Source: an uncultured Acidobacteriota bacterium (GTDB lineage: Bacteria > Acidobacteriota > Vicinamibacteria > Vicinamibacterales > Fen-181). Taken from it: DNA of 64,000 bases. The stretch spans positions 1,045,629 through 1,109,628 of the forward strand of contig CAVZMW010000006.1 of assembly GCA_963776495.1 (NCBI GenBank). Direction: 5' to 3'. The position numbers were made by a program, and so were the translations under genes. The notes beneath the pieces were generated by a model. It was not told the DNA's origin. It did not search any database and was given only the letters and a program-made list of their open reading frames with translations. Shown here one piece after another: positions 58,124 to 64,000 of the stretch; the stretch's first letter is position 1; each line of letters begins with the position of its first letter.

Positions 58124-58660
58124 ATGCATGGACGGGCGCCAGGCGGCTTCACGCTCATCGAGCTGCTCATCGTCGTCGCGATCATCGGCATCATCGCCGC
58201 GATCGCCGTGCCGGGCCTGATGCGGGCCCGGATGGCCGGAAACGAGGCGTCGGCCATCGGATCGCTGCGCGCCATCAACGCCGCCGAGGCGAGCTACGCC
58301 TCGAGCTGCGGCCAGGGAGCCTACGCGGGCACGCTGGCGGACCTGGGCAAGCCGCCGCAGGCCGGGTCGGAGGGGTTCATCGGGCCCGACCTGACGAACG
58401 ACCCGGCCACCAAGAGCGGCTACACGCTGACGATGTCGGCCGGGGATGCGGCTGCCGGTGGGGTGACGGGGTGCAACAGCCCTTCGTCGCTCGCGCAGGC
58501 CTACTTCGTGGCCGCGGACCCGCTCGTCGCCAACTCGACCGGGACGCGGCGCTTCGGCACCAACCAGGGTGGCACGATCTACCAGTCCACGGCCGACCCG
58601 CCGGCCACGCTGGCGGTCACGCTGGTGGGCGCGCCGGCCGCGGCGGCGCCGATACAGTGA
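58124..58660 (+). CDS. Type IV pilin / T2SS pseudopilin-like protein
   Basis: Prepilin leader and cleavage/methylation motif MHGRAPGG|FTLIELLIVVAIIGIIAAIAVP. 178 aa. Confidence 0.85.
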   Translation: MHGRAPGGFTLIELLIVVAIIGIIAAIAVPGLMRARMAGNEASAIGSLRAINAAEASYASSCGQGAYAGTLADLGKPPQAGSEGFIGPDLTNDPATKSGYTLTMSAGDAAAGGVTGCNSPSSLAQAYFVAADPLVANSTGTRRFGTNQGGTIYQSTADPPATLAVTLVGAPAAAAPIQ

Positions 58661-58667
58661 TCACGGG

Positions 58668-58737
58668 GGCCGACGGCTGACGGCCGACGGCTGAGGGTTG
58701 AAGGCTCGCGGTTGGCGGCTCGCGACTGGAGGCCGCG
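58668..58737. repeat. Heptad repeat array, 10 units
   Basis: ggccgac ggctgac ggccgac ggctgag ggttgaa ggctcgc ggttggc ggctcgc gactgga ggccgcg. Lies between convergent pilin and grpE. Confidence 0.8.
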
Positions 58738-58800
58738 TCACGCGTCCCACGCCGGGAACGGCCGCAAGTCGCACGTCGCGGGCCGCGAGCCGGGAAGCGG

Positions 58801-59403
58801 TCAGGGGGCGATCCGCCCCACGGCCACCGTGGCCGGCCGCAGGACGTCGTCGCCGATCGTGTAGCCGGAGCGGATCACGCTGACCACGCGATCGTCGAGC
58901 GCCGGGTCGGTCACCGGGACGATCGAAACGGCTTCGTGCCGCCGCGGGTCGAACGGCGCGCCGTCGTCGGTAAAGCGGACGACCTGGTACGAGGCTAGCT
59001 TCGAGAGGAACAGATCGCGGACCAGTACCACCCCTTTGAGGAGACCCGGGTCGCCGGCCGCCGCAGACGCCCCGGCGGCGATGGCGCGGTCGAGGTTGTC
59101 GGCCACGTCCAGCAGGTCGTCCAGCAGCGCCCTGCGGGCCCGGTCGACCTCCTTGTCCACGTCGCGGCGGAGGCGCGCGCGGACCTGCTCGAACTCCGTC
59201 GCGCTGTCGCGGTACCGCTGCGCGTGGGCCTGGATGGCCTTGTCCTTCTCGGCAAGCTGCTGCTCCAGGTCTTCGAGGTAGCTCGGCTTCCGGGGCCGCC
59301 CGGCCTCGGCGGTCACGCCGGTGTCGCCGTGCGTCCACCAGCGACGATCGACCACCTTGACCGGGCCGTCGGGGTTCGTGTCGTGCGTGTCGTCTCTGTC
59401 CAT
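58801..59403 (-). CDS. grpE: Nucleotide exchange factor GrpE
   Basis: 200 aa from ATG 59403. Coiled-coil region (LEDLEQQLAEKDKAIQAHAQRYRDSATEFEQVRARLRRD) and C-terminal beta domain. It is only the 3' part of the 943 aa track ORF. Confidence 0.85.
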   Translation of the reverse strand: MDRDDTHDTNPDGPVKVVDRRWWTHGDTGVTAEAGRPRKPSYLEDLEQQLAEKDKAIQAHAQRYRDSATEFEQVRARLRRDVDKEVDRARRALLDDLLDVADNLDRAIAAGASAAAGDPGLLKGVVLVRDLFLSKLASYQVVRFTDDGAPFDPRRHEAVSIVPVTDPALDDRVVSVIRSGYTIGDDVLRPATVAVGRIAP

Positions 59404-59420
59404 GGCGTCGGTGCGGCGGA

Positions 59421-61769
59421 TCACGCCACCGGTGTTGCGGCCTTGAAGCCGAACGTCAGGCGGTCCTGCTCGAGCCCGATCGACACCGTGCCGCCGTGCT
59501 CGAGTTGCCCGAACAGGATCTCGTCGGTCAGCCGGTCGCGCACCTCGGCCTGCACGACGCGCGCGAGCGGACGGGCCCCGTACACCGGGTCGAAGCCGCG
59601 GACGGCCAGCCACGCGCGCGCCGACGGCTCGAGCGTGATCGCGATCTTCCGCTCGGCCAGCTGCGATTCGAGCTGGAGGATGAACTTCTCGACGATCGTC
59701 TCCATCACCGACGGGCTGAGCGGGGCGAAGTTGACGATCGCGTCGAGGCGGTTGCGGAACTCGGGGCTGAACATCCGGTCGATGGCCGACTTGGCGCGGC
59801 TCTTCGCCGTCTGCCCGCGCAGGTCGAGCGCCTCGCTGAACTCGCCCGAGAGGCCGGTCGGGCTGAAGCCGATCGCGCCCGTGCTCATCTCGCGCGACCC
59901 CGCGTTGGAGGTCATGATGACGACCACCTGGCGGAAGTCGGCGCGCCGCCCGTTGTTGTCGGTCAGCGTCGCGTGGTCCATCACCTGCAGGAGGATGTTG
60001 AAGATGTCGGGGTGCGCCTTCTCGATCTCGTCGAGCAGCACCACGCTGTAGGGATGCGTCCGCACGGCGTCCACGAGCAGGCCGCCCTGCTCGAAGCCGA
60101 CGTACCCCGGCGGGGCGCCGATCAGCCGCGACACGGCGTGCTTCTCCATGTACTCGCTCATGTCGTAGCGCAGGAACTCGTTCCCGAGGTGGATGGCGAG
60201 CTGCTTGGCGAGCTCCGTCTTGCCGACGCCGGTCGGCCCGGTGAAGAGGAAGCAGCCGGCGGGGCGGTCGGGCTGCGACAGCCCGGCGCGCGACCGCTTG
60301 ATGGCGCCGGTGACGATGTGCACCGCCTCGTCCTGGCCGAAGACCACGCGCCGGAGCGACTCCTCGAGCGTCCGCAGCCGCTCCTTGTCGGACGCGGTCG
60401 CCTGCTTGTCGGGGATGCGAGCCATCCGCCCCACGATCCGCTCGACCTCGGCCGGCGTCACCACGCGCCGCGGCGCCGGCGTCGCCGCCGCGTCGCCGGT
60501 CCCGGCGGGCTCCGCCGCCGGCTGCAGCCTCAGCATCGCCCCCGCCTCGTCCAGGATGTCGATGGCGCTGTCGGGCAGCCGGTAGTCGCGCAGGAACCGC
60601 TTGGCGAGCTTCGCGGCCACCTCGAGCGCGGAGTCCGAGTAGTCCACCTGGTGGTGCTCCTCGTACCGCGCGCGCAGCCCCTGGAGGATCTTGATCGTCT
60701 CCTCGACCGACGGTTCCTCGACCACCACCTTCTGCAGCCGCCGCGCCAGGGCGCGGTCCTTCTCGATCTGCTTGAACTCCTCGAACGTCGTGGAACCGAC
60801 AATGCGCAGCTCGCCGGCGGTGAGCACCGGCTTGATGAGCGTCGCCAGGTCCATCGTGCCGCCGGTGGTAGCGCCGGCGCCGATGGTGGCGTGGATCTCG
60901 TCGATGAACAGGATCGGCAGGCGGCGGCTCTTGAGCGCGGCCAACACCGTCTTGAAGCGCTCCTCGAAGTCGCCGCGGAACCTCGTGCCCGCCAGCAGGG
61001 CGGCCGTGTCGAGGCTGAAGATCTCGGCCCCCTTCAGGATCTCGGGCACGTCGTCGTCGAGCAGGCGGATCGCGAGCCCCTCGGCGAGCGCGGTCTTGCC
61101 GACGCCAGCGTCGCCGACGAACACCGGGTTGTTCTTGCGCCGGCGGCAGAGGATCTCGAGCGTGCGCTGCAGCTCGACGGTCCGGCCGATGAGCGGGTCG
61201 AGCACGCCGGCGCGGGCGCGCTCGGTCAGGTTCGCCGCGAAGGTCCCGAGCGGGTCGCGCTGGGCCTGCGGCGCCTCGCCGGCGGGCGAGGCCGCGGACC
61301 GCCGGCGCGCGTCGTCGCCCGGGAGGGCCGGCGGCGGCACCTTCGCGATGCCGTGGGAGATGAAGTTCAGCACGTCGAGCCGCGTCACGCTCTGCGCCTC
61401 GAGCAACTGGCAGGCGTACGAGTTGGTCTGCTGGAGGATGGCCGCGATGATGTCGCCGGCGCTGACCTCGGGCTTCCCGGCGCTCTGGACGTGGAGCACG
61501 GCCGTCTGGAGCACGCGGCGGAAGGCGCGCGTCTGTTCCGGCTCCTTCTCGAGGCCGCGGGGGTACTGCTCGACCGAGTTCGCCAGGAAGGCGTCGAGCT
61601 CGCGGCGGAGCCGCGGCAAGTCCGTGCCGCACGCGGCGAGGATCCGCTCGCCGTCCATGTCGTGCGTGAGGACGTAGAGCAGGTGCTCGAGCGTCAGCGT
61701 GGTGTGCCGGCGGGAGACCGCCTCCCGGTAGGCAATGTGCAGCAGCATCTCGACGGCGGCGCTGAACAT
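59421..61769 (-). CDS. clpA: ATP-dependent Clp protease ATP-binding subunit ClpA
   Basis: 782 aa. Clp N-domain and two AAA+ modules with Walker A GDAGVGKT and GPTGVGKT. No ClpB-type middle domain. Confidence 0.95.
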   Translation of the reverse strand: MFSAAVEMLLHIAYREAVSRRHTTLTLEHLLYVLTHDMDGERILAACGTDLPRLRRELDAFLANSVEQYPRGLEKEPEQTRAFRRVLQTAVLHVQSAGKPEVSAGDIIAAILQQTNSYACQLLEAQSVTRLDVLNFISHGIAKVPPPALPGDDARRRSAASPAGEAPQAQRDPLGTFAANLTERARAGVLDPLIGRTVELQRTLEILCRRRKNNPVFVGDAGVGKTALAEGLAIRLLDDDVPEILKGAEIFSLDTAALLAGTRFRGDFEERFKTVLAALKSRRLPILFIDEIHATIGAGATTGGTMDLATLIKPVLTAGELRIVGSTTFEEFKQIEKDRALARRLQKVVVEEPSVEETIKILQGLRARYEEHHQVDYSDSALEVAAKLAKRFLRDYRLPDSAIDILDEAGAMLRLQPAAEPAGTGDAAATPAPRRVVTPAEVERIVGRMARIPDKQATASDKERLRTLEESLRRVVFGQDEAVHIVTGAIKRSRAGLSQPDRPAGCFLFTGPTGVGKTELAKQLAIHLGNEFLRYDMSEYMEKHAVSRLIGAPPGYVGFEQGGLLVDAVRTHPYSVVLLDEIEKAHPDIFNILLQVMDHATLTDNNGRRADFRQVVVIMTSNAGSREMSTGAIGFSPTGLSGEFSEALDLRGQTAKSRAKSAIDRMFSPEFRNRLDAIVNFAPLSPSVMETIVEKFILQLESQLAERKIAITLEPSARAWLAVRGFDPVYGARPLARVVQAEVRDRLTDEILFGQLEHGGTVSIGLEQDRLTFGFKAATPVA

Positions 61770-61801
61770 GGGACTCCTCGACCCCTCGACCAGGGGGACT
61801 A

Positions 61802-61876
61802 GACGTCTTGAAGGGCCAAAGTCGTTGCGAATGGGTCAGGTTCTTTCGCGATCACTCGTGCCCTTCAAGACGTCTG
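61802..61876. repeat. 75-bp palindromic (MITE-like) element, copy 2
   Basis: Perfect 15-bp terminal inverted repeats agacgtcttgaaggg / cccttcaagacgtct. The first 38 nt are about 90% identical to the reverse complement of 19944-19981. Lies in the clpS-clpA intergenic gap. Confidence 0.75.
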
Positions 61877-61898
61877 TAGCCCCGCGCACGCGCGGGGC
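61877..61898 (+). repeat. GTAG-headed GC hairpin
   Basis: gtag ccccgcgc ac gcgcgggg. It immediately follows the palindromic element and has a different stem from the other REP-like copies. Confidence 0.45.
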
Positions 61899-61979
61899 CA
61901 GCCAACAGCGTTCCTGGGCCTGGCGAGGGGCGCCACGAAACCGCCGCTCCACGCTCTCGGCGGTCCGAGGCGCGCCTCG

Positions 61980-62294
61980 CTAGGCCTCTTCGATGCTCGC
62001 CCTCAGCGGGAACCCGCGCTCGCGGGCCAGGCCGTGCACGAGGCCGACCTTGGTCTCGGCGATCTCGTGGGGGTAGATGCCGGCGGTGCCCCGCCCGTGG
62101 CAGTGCACCTCCATCATCACGCCGTACGCCTCGGCCGGCTGCATCAGGAAGACCGTCTCGAGCACCGAGACGACGAAGTCCATCGTCGTGTAGTCGTCGT
62201 TGTGGAGCACGACCCGGAACAGGGAGGACTGGCGCACCTCCTGCTCGGGCCGCTCGATGACTTCCGTGCCGCGCGCTGGGCGTTGATCCGGCAT
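61980..62294 (-). CDS. clpS: ATP-dependent Clp protease adaptor ClpS
   Basis: 104 aa with FRVVLHNDDYTTMDFVV...VH..G. Confidence 0.95.
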   Translation of the reverse strand: MPDQRPARGTEVIERPEQEVRQSSLFRVVLHNDDYTTMDFVVSVLETVFLMQPAEAYGVMMEVHCHGRGTAGIYPHEIAETKVGLVHGLARERGFPLRASIEEA

Positions 62295-62493
62295 CCGTTC
62301 ACCAGGCGCGGCCCGCCGCCGCGCCGGTCATCCTCCGAGATGGACCGTGGGACAAGTGCCTTCAGTATAAGCCTTCCCGGTTTCGGGGCGCAGGCGGGCG
62401 GGGCGCTCCCCGCGTACGGTATACTGACCTTTCAGTCATTCAACTGACCCGACGGGCCACACGCCCGGCGGCGAGAGGAGCCGACCCACGCCT

Positions 62494-63102
62494 ATGGCCC
62501 GGACCAAGAAGGACGTCGTCGCCGAGTTCCGCAGGGCCGAGATCCTCGACGCCGCCCACCGGGTGTTCGCCGAGCGGGGCTTCGAGCAGGCGACCATGGC
62601 GGAGATCGCGGCCGCCGCCGGCGTGGCGAAGGGCACGCTCTACCTCTACTACCCCTCGAAGCAGGACATCTACGACGCGGCGCTCCGGCGGAGCGTCGTG
62701 GACGTGGACGCGCGCACGCGGGCGGCGCTCGGCGGCGGCCGCACGGTCGCCGAGAAGATCCGGGCGTTCATCGAGACCAAGCTGCGGTACTTCGAGGAGC
62801 ACCGGGACTTCTTCCGCATCGTGGAGCGGGAGTTCGGCTACCCGGCCTGCGGGCGCGGCCAGCACGCGAGGCACGTGGACGAGGTGCGCCTCGAGCAGGT
62901 GAAGCTGCTCGACCAGATCCTGCAGCAGGCGGTGCGGCGCAGGGCGATCCGGGCGATCCGCACCGAGGCGGCCGCCTCGGCGATCTTCGACCTGACGCGA
63001 AGCATCGTGACCGAGCGCCTGCGCGGCGCGGGCAAGGCCACGCTCGACGAAGACATCGAGTTCGCGTTCGACCTGACGTGGAAAGGAATCGGACACCGAT
63101 GA
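62494..63102 (+). CDS. TetR/AcrR-family transcriptional regulator
   Basis: 202 aa with N-terminal HTH ILDAAHRVFAERGFEQATMAEIAAAAGVAKGTLYLYYPSK. Confidence 0.9.
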   Translation: MARTKKDVVAEFRRAEILDAAHRVFAERGFEQATMAEIAAAAGVAKGTLYLYYPSKQDIYDAALRRSVVDVDARTRAALGGGRTVAEKIRAFIETKLRYFEEHRDFFRIVEREFGYPACGRGQHARHVDEVRLEQVKLLDQILQQAVRRRAIRAIRTEAAASAIFDLTRSIVTERLRGAGKATLDEDIEFAFDLTWKGIGHR

Positions 63103-64000
63103 ACACGAGGCTGACGGGCAGGGGGCGACGGGTGGCCGTGCTCACCATGGCCGGGCTGGTCGCGCTGGCCGGCACCGGTCGCGGGCAGGGGCCGGTCGGA
63201 GAGCCGCAATTGCCGCGGCAGGGGGGCACGCCGCTCCCCGCGGCGTCGAGCGCGCTGGTCATCTCGCCGGCCGCCCTCATGGGCGGCGTGCCGTCGGGGC
63301 AGGCGACGGCGGGCGTCATGCCGCTCTCGCTCTCCGACGCCATCGCCAGGGGGCTCAAGCAGAACCTGGGCGTCGTGCTGGGCGAGCAGTCGGTCCGGTC
63401 GGCCCACGGCACGCGCTGGCAGGCGCTGAGCGGCTTGCTGCCGAACGCCGGGGTGACGGTCGGCCAGGCGCGCGAGGAAATCAACCTCGAGGAGTACGGC
63501 TTTCCCGTGGCGCCCGGGCAGTCGCCGATCATCGGCCCCTTCAACGTGTCGTCGATCCACCTCACGGCCACGGCGCCGATCTTCGACTACGCGGCGCTCC
63601 AGCGGGCGAGGGCGGGCGCCGACGCGGCGACGGCCGCGACGCACACCTTCCGCGACGTGCGGGACATGGTGGTCTTCGTGACGGCGAACCTCTACCTCCA
63701 GGCGGTCACCGGCGCGAGCCGGATCGAGGCCGCGCGCGCCCAGCTCGCCACCGCCCAGGCGCTCTACGACCGGGCCGTCGTCCAGAAGCAGGCCGGCGTC
63801 ATCGCCGGCATCGAGGTGCTGCGGGCCGAGGTCCAGCTGCAGTCGCAGCACGAGCGCGTCATCTTCTTCGAGAACGAGTTCGCCAAGCAGAAGCTGGCGC
63901 TGGCCCGGGCCATCGGGGTCCCGCTCGGCCAGCCGATCGACCTGACCGACCGGATGCCGTACGCCGCGCTCGCGGCGCAGACGCTCGACGAGAGCCTGAA
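63099..64000 (+). CDS. TolC-family outer membrane efflux protein, 3' end beyond window
   Basis: My own translation from ATG 63099 (ATGA overlap with tetR) gives a signal peptide, then LSLSDAIARGLKQNLGVVLGEQSVRSAHGTRWQALSGLLPN and coiled-coil repeats. Open to the window edge and absent from the ORF track because there is no stop. Confidence 0.8.
   Translation, partial: MNTRLTGRGRRVAVLTMAGLVALAGTGRGQGPVGEPQLPRQGGTPLPAASSALVISPAALMGGVPSGQATAGVMPLSLSDAIARGLKQNLGVVLGEQSVRSAHGTRWQALSGLLPNAGVTVGQAREEINLEEYGFPVAPGQSPIIGPFNVSSIHLTATAPIFDYAALQRARAGADAATAATHTFRDVRDMVVFVTANLYLQAVTGASRIEAARAQLATAQALYDRAVVQKQAGVIAGIEVLRAEVQLQSQHERVIFFENEFAKQKLALARAIGVPLGQPIDLTDRMPYAALAAQTLDESL

Noticed and set aside
59404-61632. 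Upstream two-thirds of the 943 aa minus-strand ORF 58801..61632
   Set aside because: Only the last 200 codons (grpE) look like a real protein. The remainder is an alternative frame of clpA.
62400-62460. TATACT -10-like box and short inverted repeat actga-cctt-tcagt upstream of tetR as promoter/operator
   Set aside because: The arms are only 5 bp and there is no convincing -35 element, so chance occurrence cannot be excluded.

Overview
High-GC (about 70% by eye) bacterial chromosome segment. The gene content suggests Acidobacteriota: an ADOP-type duplicated FtsX permease, a BNR/sortilin-like exoprotein and a BlaR1-TonB fusion (inference only). The backbone is mostly housekeeping and metabolic genes. 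These are a TatT/DctP/DctQM TRAP transporter, glgX, a tetraheme cytochrome c / FeS / NrfD module, a propeller-type sensor kinase with receiver and PP2C phosphatase, and Ldh_2 plus L-2-hydroxyglutarate oxidase. They also include citrate synthase, a ptb plus 2-oxoacid:ferredoxin oxidoreductase operon, ahcY, a pilin, grpE, clpA/clpS and tetR-tolC. Two accessory elements stand out. The first is a complete chromosomal integron at 45.3-53.5 kb. It has intI on the minus strand, a candidate attI, 9 clear attC sites plus one degenerate remnant, and 10 cassettes. The cassettes carry BrnTA, MazEF and an inverted RelE/ParE pair, a standalone HEPN-like protein, a CPBP protease, a GNAT, two DUF4279-like proteins, one unknown and a DHFR-family gene. 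The second is an intact IS66-family element (24289-27556) with 8-bp target duplications. It splits a signal-peptide gene and carries a fourth ORF resembling DUF4338/DruA between tnpB and tnpC. The least expected signal is non-genic. At least 16 intergenic arrays of period-7 tandem repeats occur, many arranged as inverted arms that could form long imperfect hairpins. There are also GTAG-headed REP-like hairpins and a 72-75 bp palindromic element present twice. Several genes carry apparent frameshifts at simple-sequence tracts, which could be sequencing error or decay. All family assignments come from reading the translations and recalling family motifs; no searches were run.
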